A stretch of 63,918 nt of DNA, filler included. It is 4 parts of 4 records of this genome, joined end to end, with 100 filler letters (N's around TTAATTAATTAA, not from the genome) between each part and the next. Parts side by side here need not be neighbours in the genome. Positions count along the whole stretch, not along the records: positions 1 to 25,960 come from SRR31156797_186; positions 26,061 to 43,566 come from SRR31156797_193; 2 more parts are not named here. One strand, 5' to 3'. Of the stretch, positions 18,844-27,720 are shown one piece after another. Made by a program: the position numbers and the translations under genes. The notes under the pieces were generated by a model. It did no database searches, was not told the DNA's origin, and saw nothing but the letters and a program-made list of their open reading frames with translations. Position 1 is the stretch's first letter; each line of letters starts with the position of its first letter.

Positions 18844-20133
18844 TTGAAGAAAATAATATTAATTATGACTCTCAGTATATTTATGCTTTCAGCTTGTATC
18901 TCAAATATAAGCGGAGATGGAAATGTAGATCAAAATATCGAAGAATTAGAAAGCAATGTTACTTTAAATGTAAAATGGTCAGGGGAAAGTGAGACTCTTT
19001 CTACTTCGAAATTTATACATTATGATACCACTGAGATTCAAGTAGTGCTAACTAAAGGAGATTTAAAAGAGAGAGTTACTTTTGTAAGAGAAAGTGATGA
19101 AACAGAGGTTTCAAAAACTCTTAAAAATATAGAAACCGGAATTTGGACCGTAAATGTAGCATTAGATGATTCAAGTGGAGAAATTGCAACTAAACAGGAA
19201 ACAGTAATTATAGTTGAAGGAACAAATGAGATCACTATCGTTATGGATAGAGGAAATTATAGTAATAATCCTAAACTGTGGGAAGCTTTTTATCCAAATT
19301 ATGAATATAACTATCTGGGAAGTTTCTTTGGTATTCATGCAGTTGCTGCATTAGGGATTGAGACTATAGAAATTACTCTGACAGATAAACTGGGAGAGTA
19401 TGAAACTTTTTTACCTGTAAATATGTATTTGCCGCATTTTGATGATGATACTGACTCTAATTGGCTGGCAAGTGGAACTGGAGTTGTAGGAACTCTAACT
19501 TTTACATATGATAGTGATGATCAAATAACACAGGCTGTATATTCAAATGATTCAAATTACATAAGTACAACTACATTTACATATGATAGTGTGGGTGAGT
19601 TGACAACAGAGCAAACAGTAGTAACTTATAATGGAACGGAACAGTCAAATATTACGAAAACATTTGCATATGAAGACGGACTTCTAAGCGCAGTGAATTC
19701 TGATGATGGTGAAGTGATCTCTATAAGCTATAGTGACGGAAAACTATCAACTTTTAGTATAAGTGAGAACAGTGTGATAGTTTACTCAGAAAGCTATTCC
19801 TTATCAGGAGATGAAATAAGCAGAATAAATTATGATATTGTAACAGATAAATATGAGACATTTACTATAGATATTTCAACAAGTGGAGAACTTCATAGTA
19901 ATGTTAATACCTATACTTCGTCAAGTTCACCGAGTGCATTTGCCAGTGCAAGTTATTATGATGAGACTAAAATCGAGTATTCATTCTCTTTAGTTAATGA
20001 GGGAGAGAAAATAGTTTTTAACACTACAAATTCTCAAATTGATACAGTTGGGCTTTACTCTACAAGCTATTCAAGTGATACTCAGGTAGCTAGTCTAAAT
20101 ATTTCATATAAAACAACAGTAATTGATATTTAA
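18844..20133 (+). CDS. Lipoprotein Lp6 (closest to Lp3)
   Basis: TTG start after GGAGG; lipobox LSAC; VKWS...SKFIHYDT; YETFLP; ends SYKTTVIDI. Confidence 0.8.
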   Translation: MKKIILIMTLSIFMLSACISNISGDGNVDQNIEELESNVTLNVKWSGESETLSTSKFIHYDTTEIQVVLTKGDLKERVTFVRESDETEVSKTLKNIETGIWTVNVALDDSSGEIATKQETVIIVEGTNEITIVMDRGNYSNNPKLWEAFYPNYEYNYLGSFFGIHAVAALGIETIEITLTDKLGEYETFLPVNMYLPHFDDDTDSNWLASGTGVVGTLTFTYDSDDQITQAVYSNDSNYISTTTFTYDSVGELTTEQTVVTYNGTEQSNITKTFAYEDGLLSAVNSDDGEVISISYSDGKLSTFSISENSVIVYSESYSLSGDEISRINYDIVTDKYETFTIDISTSGELHSNVNTYTSSSSPSAFASASYYDETKIEYSFSLVNEGEKIVFNTTNSQIDTVGLYSTSYSSDTQVASLNISYKTTVIDI

Positions 20134-20147
20134 ATTTTTTAGTATTT

Positions 20148-20195
20148 AAAGGCTTCACCTATTTTAGATTTAATTTATAGGAGGGGCTTTTTTTT
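20148..20195 (+). terminator. Rho-independent terminator after cassette 3
   Basis: AAAGGCTTCACCTAT...ATAGGAGGGGCTTT imperfect hairpin followed by a T run. Confidence 0.55.
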
Positions 20196-20253
20196 CATAT
20201 TTTTTTCAAATATTTGTGTTAGAATATTATTATTAATAAAAAAAGGGGTTGTT

Positions 20254-20913
20254 GTGATGAAAAGAATTCTTTTAGCAGAAGATGAAAAGAGAATGAGATT
20301 TTTAATAAAAGATTATTTACTTGCAAGTAAGTACGAAGTAATAGAAGCAGAAAATGGAAAAGAAGCACTTGATAAATTTTATGAAGGGAAATTCGATCTT
20401 GTTATTACTGATATAATGATGCCTGAAATGGATGGAATTGAACTCTGTGAAGAGATTAGAATGTTGTCGAAAGTTCCGATTATTATGCTGACGGCCAAAA
20501 CGGCAGATGATGATGAAATAACGGGATTTAACTATGGAGCTGACGAGTATATCAAAAAGCCGTTTAATCCGAAGATATTAATGCTGAGAGTAGAAGCTTT
20601 GTTAAAAAGAGTATATACAGAATCAGAGGTATTAGAATTAGGAACTATAAAAGTAGATACCAATGCACATGAAGTTACAATTGATGGCGAGCATAATGAA
20701 TTAAGTAAAAGGGAATATGATCTGTTAGTATATTTTCTTGTTAATAAAGGGATTACACTTAGTAGAATGAAACTTCTGGATAATGTATGGGGATTTGATT
20801 TTGACGGTGATCCGAGAGTAGTAGATGCACATATTAAAAATTTAAGAAAAAAAGTCGGTAGTGTAATAAAAACAGTACATGGTGTAGGGTATAAGATAGA
20901 AGAAGCAAAATAG
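20254..20913 (+). CDS. OmpR/PhoB-family response regulator
   Basis: ILLAEDE, DIMMPEMDG, PIIMLTA, GADEYIKKPF receiver domain; winged helix VVDAHIKNLRKK...TVHGVGY. Confidence 0.95.
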   Translation: MMKRILLAEDEKRMRFLIKDYLLASKYEVIEAENGKEALDKFYEGKFDLVITDIMMPEMDGIELCEEIRMLSKVPIIMLTAKTADDDEITGFNYGADEYIKKPFNPKILMLRVEALLKRVYTESEVLELGTIKVDTNAHEVTIDGEHNELSKREYDLLVYFLVNKGITLSRMKLLDNVWGFDFDGDPRVVDAHIKNLRKKVGSVIKTVHGVGYKIEEAK

Positions 20914-20966
20914 AAGAAGCAAAATAGAAAAATTCAGATAAAATAATAAAAATGAGGTTGATGATA

Positions 20967-22391
20967 ATGAAAATAAGAGAGAAGTTAATAATCGGAGTAA
21001 ATTTAATATTATTTATTGTCTTCTTTTTGATTTTACTGTTAAATAAGGCGTATATCGGGAAACTCTATATAAAATTAAAACAGGTTCAGGTAAAAAGAGT
21101 TTTAACGCAGATAAACAAAGGTGAAGAGTTTAGTGAAATAGAAGAAGATTATGATGTTCGAATTGTTAATCTTGATGATATAAAAAAAATTGAGCAACAA
21201 ATGCTGAAGTTTGAAAATAATAAAAAACGAGGCAATGGTAATAATAGTAAAGGTTTACCAATGGATAATCCGCTTAGAAAAATAGCAAAGACTCTTTCAG
21301 GAAGAGCAGCAGAAAAATTGGAAAAGGGTAGGATAATTGTAGAGGTAGTAGAAAGTCATGGAAGACAACCTGAAGCTATTGTGCTGATTTTTAAAGATAA
21401 AAAGGATAAAAAAATTGCAGTAATTAGCCCTTTGACAAAAATAGATGAAGTATTGGAGATATTACAATATTATAGTTATCTTTTATTGATAATGTGCTTG
21501 TTAGCTTCGGGAATAGTATTATCTATTTTTTCTTACGGAATTGCGAAACCTTTGATAAAAATAAAAGGTGCTGCAAATAAAATGGCTAATTTAGATTTCA
21601 GTCAAAAAATAGATATAAAAAGCGGAGATGAGATTCAGGAACTGGGTGAAAGTATAAATAATTTATCAATTCAATTGGAAACTAATATTGAAAGATTGAA
21701 AGATGATATTAAAGAAAAAGAAAAGGCTAATGAGATACAAAGAAGATTTTTTAGCACTGTTAGTCATGAATTAAAAACTCCTCTTGCAATAATCCAAGGT
21801 TATGCTTCGGGTTTAAAAGATAATGTAGCTCCTGAAAAAGTTGATTTTTATTGCGAAGTAATAAATGATGAAGTTAAAGAGATGTCAGATCTGATCACAA
21901 CGCTTCTTAATAAAATGAAGTATGAAAGTGAGTCGATACAAAAAGAAAAAATTGAAATAAATAGGCTGTTGAATGAAATCATTCAGAAATATAAAATAGA
22001 TATGGAAGAAAAAAGTGTTAAATTAAATATTGATTCTAATCCAAATACAATAATAAATGCTGATCGTGAGGCTCTAAAATCAGTAATGGTTAATTTCCTA
22101 ACTAATGCAATATCTTTTGTATCTGATTATGGTCAAATTGAAATAGCAATCAAAGAAATTGATGATAAAATAAGAGTTTCAATTTTTAATAGTGGAAAAA
22201 ATATTCCTGAGGATAAATTGGATGATATATGGAAGCCGTTTTACAGAGTTGAAGCATCACAAAATAGAAAATTTGGCGGAACAGGTCTTGGTTTGTCAAT
22301 AGTTAAAGATATACTAGAGAAACACGAGGCTGAATATGGAGTTAAAAACCTGGAACAGGGAGTAGAGTTTTATTTTTTAATCAAAAATTAA
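20967..22391 (+). CDS. HAMP-domain sensor histidine kinase
   Basis: Two TMs, HAMP (DEIQELGESIN), H-box VSHELKTPL, N-box NFLTNAI, GGTGLGLSIV; ATG 20967 preferred over 20952 by RBS GAGGT. Confidence 0.95.
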   Translation: MKIREKLIIGVNLILFIVFFLILLLNKAYIGKLYIKLKQVQVKRVLTQINKGEEFSEIEEDYDVRIVNLDDIKKIEQQMLKFENNKKRGNGNNSKGLPMDNPLRKIAKTLSGRAAEKLEKGRIIVEVVESHGRQPEAIVLIFKDKKDKKIAVISPLTKIDEVLEILQYYSYLLLIMCLLASGIVLSIFSYGIAKPLIKIKGAANKMANLDFSQKIDIKSGDEIQELGESINNLSIQLETNIERLKDDIKEKEKANEIQRRFFSTVSHELKTPLAIIQGYASGLKDNVAPEKVDFYCEVINDEVKEMSDLITTLLNKMKYESESIQKEKIEINRLLNEIIQKYKIDMEEKSVKLNIDSNPNTIINADREALKSVMVNFLTNAISFVSDYGQIEIAIKEIDDKIRVSIFNSGKNIPEDKLDDIWKPFYRVEASQNRKFGGTGLGLSIVKDILEKHEAEYGVKNLEQGVEFYFLIKN

Positions 22392-22593
22392 TAAATACCA
22401 AAGATAGTGCTCAGTTTGAAAATAAAATAAGTTATTTTCATGTAAAAAAATGACCCCTCATATAAAAAGTCACAGAAAACATTTTATTTTTTTCTTATAT
22501 TATTATATAATAATCCTAGATGAAAAAGATGTATATGTATTATTTGAGCTTATAGAGTTAACTAACATAAAGAAATGTATGCGGGGGGCATAG

Positions 22594-24393
22594 ATGAAAG
22601 ATTTAAAGAGAGTTTTATTTAGCAGCAGATATCTGTATATTGTATTTTCTATGATTGCTTTATTTTTTTCTTCATATGTATATTTTCAGTATAAAAAGGA
22701 GATTAAAAAAAGTCATTTAAATCTTGAAAAAACTATCAATTTAACCGGTGATAGCCTAATGAAGAGGCTTAAAACAATCGATAAACTTTACTATCTTTTG
22801 GAAAAACAAATTGATATTGAAATGTATGATGTTTTGGATCAAATAGCTATTGAATATGAGCAAGAGGAAGAGTTAAAAAGTGATTATAGCCACTACATAC
22901 AAGATTTTCCGTTTATGGATATTTATGTTATTAATAGTGAAAACAGGATAATATATTCCACTGATTTGAATGAGATAGGTCTTGATTTTTCTAAAACTAA
23001 AAATTTCTATAAGAAATTAAATAAAATCAGAAATTCAGGATTTTACTTTTCTGATAGAATTAATTTAAGCACTTTAGCAGGCGAAATTACAAAATATTCA
23101 TACTATCCTTCTTCTGATAAAAAGTATATCTTTGAAGCAGGGTATAAAATGGATCGATTCGAAGAATTTCTTGATTATGATGCTTTGAAAAAACTGGGAG
23201 ATGTTGTAGAAAATAGTGATAAAAATGTTAAAAAAATTAATTTCTATAATTATCAGGGACTTAGTTTTGCAAAAGATGTTGATCTAAGAGATGTGAAAGA
23301 AAAAAGAAGATTGGTTTATCATAATTATGCAATTAAAACTAATTCAATTAAAAAATTTACTGTAGAAAATGGAGTTTATAAAACCTCTTATTTGTATTAT
23401 CCATATAAAGTTAAGGATGGATCAAGAACGGTACTAAACTGCACTTTGGAATTAGTTTACTCAAATCAGGAAATAGTAAAAGAATATACAATGGAGCTTA
23501 TTCATCAGTTAGCATTAATAATTGTATTTGCTAGTTTTTTACTTGCTATTAATTTTTTCTTTAGGAAGAGATTCATTCTTCCCTTGGAAAAAGTTTTGCA
23601 GGGTATTGACAGAGTTAGGGGCAATGACTTTAGTCAAAAAGTAAAAGTGGAAGTTAATAATGAAGTGAAGTTACTTGCAGATCATTTTAATAAAATGGTT
23701 GAAAGTATTGATAATTTACTGGAAGATAAAGAAGCAGTAAATAAAAAACTTTCAAAAGCTTTAACAGATAATGAAAAGGCATATTTGGAAACAGTAAAAG
23801 CTCTGGCAGCATCTCTGGAAGTAAAAGATGAATATACCGGAGGACACTGTGAGCGAGTAACTGCAATGTCTATGATTTTGGCTGAGCATTTGAAGCTGCC
23901 TGCAAAAACCAAAAGAGATTTGAAATTTGGAAGTTTATTGCACGACATAGGGAAAATAGGAATTGTAGACAGAGTATTAAATAAACCGGGAAGTTTTACA
24001 GATGAAGAGTATGCAATAATAAAACAACATCCTGAGATAGGATATGAAATAATAAAAAATATAGAGTTCTTAGAATCAGCCAATGAAATAGTACTAAATC
24101 ATCATGAGAGAATCGATGGTTTAGGTTACCCTAACGGCTTAAAAAAAGATGAGATACCTTATCTGGCAAGAATTTTGTCTATAACAGATGCCTTTGATGC
24201 CATGACTTCAAAAAGAGTTTATAAAGACAGAGTCATGACTGTTGATGAAGCATTTAATGAGATGAAAAGATGTAGAGGAACGCAATTTGATTCGGAACTT
24301 CTCCAAGAATTCATAAAAGCATATAAACAAAAATTTGGTACAGAATTAAAACAAAATGCTGAGAAAATTGAAGTGATTTCCAGAACCTCTTAA
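22594..24393 (+). CDS. Membrane-bound HAMP + HD-GYP phosphodiesterase with periplasmic Cache-like sensor
   Basis: TM-periplasmic-TM-HAMP; HCERV, LHDIGK, HHERIDGLGYP, DAFDAMTSKR. Confidence 0.92.
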   Translation: MKDLKRVLFSSRYLYIVFSMIALFFSSYVYFQYKKEIKKSHLNLEKTINLTGDSLMKRLKTIDKLYYLLEKQIDIEMYDVLDQIAIEYEQEEELKSDYSHYIQDFPFMDIYVINSENRIIYSTDLNEIGLDFSKTKNFYKKLNKIRNSGFYFSDRINLSTLAGEITKYSYYPSSDKKYIFEAGYKMDRFEEFLDYDALKKLGDVVENSDKNVKKINFYNYQGLSFAKDVDLRDVKEKRRLVYHNYAIKTNSIKKFTVENGVYKTSYLYYPYKVKDGSRTVLNCTLELVYSNQEIVKEYTMELIHQLALIIVFASFLLAINFFFRKRFILPLEKVLQGIDRVRGNDFSQKVKVEVNNEVKLLADHFNKMVESIDNLLEDKEAVNKKLSKALTDNEKAYLETVKALAASLEVKDEYTGGHCERVTAMSMILAEHLKLPAKTKRDLKFGSLLHDIGKIGIVDRVLNKPGSFTDEEYAIIKQHPEIGYEIIKNIEFLESANEIVLNHHERIDGLGYPNGLKKDEIPYLARILSITDAFDAMTSKRVYKDRVMTVDEAFNEMKRCRGTQFDSELLQEFIKAYKQKFGTELKQNAEKIEVISRTS

Positions 24394-24540
24394 CATAAAC
24401 TGGAACTGTGAACTGATTTATAGTATAATAAATTAGTTGAGAGTTCCTTTTTTATTAACTAAAAATTTGTTTATACTCTGGGAAAGTATAAACTTGTGTC
24501 ATCTGATATGAAAACTTGATATTATATAAATTAAGGAACA

Positions 24541-24569
24541 TTGTTTGAGAAAATTTGTTGATATATAAT
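24541..24569 (+). promoter_or_regulatory. Sigma70-type promoter for the tandem HD-GYP gene
   Basis: TTGTTT-17 bp-TATAAT. Confidence 0.45.
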
Positions 24570-24670
24570 GATTGTCTAAATTTAAAGCACATTATTCCGC
24601 AAGAATAGCTGTTAAATCATCAGCATATTCTGCTTAAATGTGCCAAGCTTTACAACATTCATTATAGTTT

Positions 24671-25804
24671 ATGAATGAAAGGGAAGTGAGAGTCGTGGAT
24701 CTAACAGCACTGGATATAATAGCTGCTCTAATCAATTCACTAAAATATTCAAATAAACGTGAATACAAATTTCTTCAAAAGTTTGTTGTTTTGGTTAATA
24801 ATTTAAGTAATGATTTAAACAAAGAGATGAGTTATACTGTATCAACAGCAGCTTTGCTTAAAGATATTGGAGTGATTGGTAAAACAGAAAAAGAGAGAAA
24901 ACGGAATATTTACAAATCGGCAGAAATAATTAGAATTATGCCGGAGATTTTACAATCTCAATATGTTATTGCAGATATTGTCTTGGAAGCAAACGAGAGA
25001 ATTGATGGAAGTGGAGCTTATAAAAAAACAGAGATATCCTACGAAGCCCAATTGATTGGAATAGTTGAAGATTATTTAACACTGGAGGATTCTGAAGTTT
25101 TATTAAATCATCGAAGATATAATCAGGAAATTGTAGATGGTTTAGCTGAAACACTTGAGAAGGTCGAAGAGAAACTAGATGATAAAGAGTGGTTGAATAA
25201 TAAATTTTTGGAAATATTAAAATCAAATAATGAACAAACTTATGAAATAAAAGGTGTTGAAGAGGAGCAATTTCTAACAACAATTGCATCTATAATAGAT
25301 ACTCAACATGAGTATACAGGAGGGCACACCAGGCGTGTCGCAACCTATACTTATGCTTTGGCAAAACATATGGGCTATAAGGGAAAAGAACTGTCTGAAA
25401 TCAGATATGCTGCATATCTACATGATATAGGAAAGTTAGCAGTTGATTTTGAGCTTTTGGATAAACCAAGCTCTCTTACACATGAAGAATTTGAAACAAT
25501 AAAAGCCCATGCGGAGTTATCTTATAAAATTTTAAAAGATTCTCCTACGCTTAAAACTCTATCATATGGAGCACTTCATCATGAGAGAATTGACGGGCGA
25601 GGTTATCCCTTTGGCCTAAAAGGAGAAGAGATACCTGAACAAGCGAAAATAATTGCAATTGCAGATGTTCTTGATGCACTTACATCCAACAGGCCCTATA
25701 GAAAACCTTCAACATTTAAACAAGCCCTTAAATTGATGGAAAAATCCATGGTTGGAACGGCACTTGATACAGAAATATTTAAAGTAGCTAAAAAAGTGTT
25801 TTAG
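24671..25804 (+). CDS. Tandem HD-GYP protein (N-terminal domain degenerate)
   Basis: C-domain HTRRV, LHDIGK, HHERIDGRGYP, DVLDALTSNRPYR; N-domain LLKDIG, ANERIDGSG; start may be GTG 24695. Confidence 0.9.
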   Translation: MNEREVRVVDLTALDIIAALINSLKYSNKREYKFLQKFVVLVNNLSNDLNKEMSYTVSTAALLKDIGVIGKTEKERKRNIYKSAEIIRIMPEILQSQYVIADIVLEANERIDGSGAYKKTEISYEAQLIGIVEDYLTLEDSEVLLNHRRYNQEIVDGLAETLEKVEEKLDDKEWLNNKFLEILKSNNEQTYEIKGVEEEQFLTTIASIIDTQHEYTGGHTRRVATYTYALAKHMGYKGKELSEIRYAAYLHDIGKLAVDFELLDKPSSLTHEEFETIKAHAELSYKILKDSPTLKTLSYGALHHERIDGRGYPFGLKGEEIPEQAKIIAIADVLDALTSNRPYRKPSTFKQALKLMEKSMVGTALDTEIFKVAKKVF

Positions 25805-25826
25805 AATAAAAATAATTTAATAATGC

Positions 25827-25868
25827 AAAATCAGTAGAAATAATTTAAATTTTCTGCTGATTTTTTTT
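25827..25868 (+). terminator. Rho-independent terminator
   Basis: AAAATCAGTAGAAA...TTTCTGCTGATTTT hairpin + T8. Confidence 0.7.
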
Positions 25869-25960
25869 GTAAAAAATATTAATATTAGATAAATTTTAGT
25901 TTCTTTATAATACATCTCTTCGCTAAAAATCCTTGAACCCCCTTGTTGGTATTTTAGAAA

Positions 25961-26060
25961 NNNNNNNNNNNNNNNNNNNNNNNNNNNNNNNNNNNNNNNN
26001 NNNNTTAATTAATTAANNNNNNNNNNNNNNNNNNNNNNNNNNNNNNNNNNNNNNNNNNNN
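25961..26060. other. Artificial contig spacer
   Basis: 44 N + TTAATTAATTAA (stops in all frames) + 44 N. Confidence 0.98.
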
Positions 26061-27720
26061 TTGAAGAGTATCATTGCCTCCTAAAGCTTCAATAGTATCA
26101 TCTGAATCATAAGCTATTATGATATCGTCACTTGAAGTTCCTCTAATATGAGTACCTAAATTATCTAATTCAGAAGTAGTTAGTGTAGTTCCATCATTAA
26201 ATTGAACTAGGTCTAATTTATTACCTAAATACCAACCTTCTATTGTAATGAAGTCACCTTCTGTAGGCATGTCAATTACTAAGCCAGAATCTTGTCTGTA
26301 AACTGTTAAGTTTGATTTAGCAATTCCTGCTCCCAGAGTTAAAGTATCTGTAGCTCCTGCAGAAACCCTTATTGTATCTGATCCATCTCCTACCTTGTAA
26401 ACATAGGTATTCATTCCAGATCCACCTTCGAGAATATCATCGCCTGTTCCACTAATTAGAGTATCATTCCCAGCAAGACCTTGTAGTGTATCGTTTCCTT
26501 CTAAAGCTTCTAAAGTGTCTGCTGTTTCAAATCCTGTCAGAATATCAGCATCGTTAGTTCCTCTAATATGAGTTCCTAAATCATCTAAGTCAGAAGTAGT
26601 TAGTGTAGTACCATTATTAAATTGAATCGAATTTAACTTATTTCCATTAAACCAATCTTCTACTGTAATAAAGTCACCTTCTGTTACCATATCTATTACT
26701 AAATTACTTCCTTGTCTGTAAATACTTAAATCTTCTTTAGTAATACTAACTCCTAGAGTTAAAGTATCTAATGCTCCTTCAGAAACTCTTATTGTATCTG
26801 ACCCTTCTCCTACATTGTAAACATAAGTGTTTGAGCCAATTCCACCTTCTAGAATATCATCGCCTGTTCCACCTATTAAAGTGTCATCTCCACCTAGGCC
26901 TTGTAGAGTATCATTTCCTTCTAATCCTTCAAGAATATCTGTTGTAGTGAAACCAGTTAATATATCATCGTTAGAAGTCCCAGTTATTTTAGCACCTACT
27001 ATATCTAAATCAGCAGTTGTTAATGTACTTCCATCTGCAAATTCAATTGAACTTAACTTATTGCCTGCATACCAACCTTCTACTTTAATCGAATCTCCTG
27101 CTGTTGACATGTCAATTATTAAGTCAGATCCTTGTCTGGAAATAGTTAAGTCCTCTTTAGTAATTCCTGCTCCCAGAGTTAATATATCTTTGGCTTCGGC
27201 TGAAACTCTTATTGTATCTGATCCCTCTCCTGTATTATACATATAAGTATTGGTTCCAATTCCACCCTCAAGAATATCATCACCAAGTCCACCAATCATA
27301 GTATCGTTCCCAGTACCACCAATTAGTAAATCATTTCCAGCTAGTCCTTCCAATGTGTCGTTGGTATCGTAAGCAGTTAAAATATCATCATTATCAGTTC
27401 CTTTTACATTGAGACCGATAGAATCAATTTCAGATGTTGATAGTGAAGTTCCATCATGAAATTGAATAGCGTTAAGCTTATTACCATCATACCAGTTATT
27501 GATTGTGATAGAATCATTAACATTTGGCATGTTAATAATTAAATTACTCTCTTGTCTGTAGAAAGTTAAATCATCACTAGTTAATCCTTCACCAAGGCTT
27601 AAAGAATCAATAGCTCCTGTTGCTATAGAAATATTATCATTTCCATCACCTATGTTATAGATGTATATGTTAGAACCATTCCCACCGATTAAGGTATCAT
27701 CCCCACTATCACCGACTAAG
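26061..27720 (-). repeat. Intragenic 420-bp (140-aa) tandem repeats of the RTX protein
   Basis: Similar blocks recur at 26341, 26761, 27181 and 27601. Confidence 0.85.

Noticed and set aside
2346-20133. YD-like lipoproteins as Rhs toxins or DGR targets
   Set aside because: No Rhs core (DPxG), toxin tip, immunity ORFs, reverse transcriptase or near-identical TR/VR pair seen
20896-20929. 14-bp tandem duplication ATAGAAGAAGCAAA at the regulator stop codon
   Set aside because: Real, but it leaves the protein end unchanged; probably slippage
24407-24422. CRP-like site TGTGA-N6-TTATA
   Set aside because: Second half-site is poor and not distinguishable from chance
26005-26016. TTAATTAATTAA palindrome (also 43611 and 58464) and ORF ends at 26013 and 58468
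   Set aside because: Linker inside N runs; the stops are artificial and both genes are truncated
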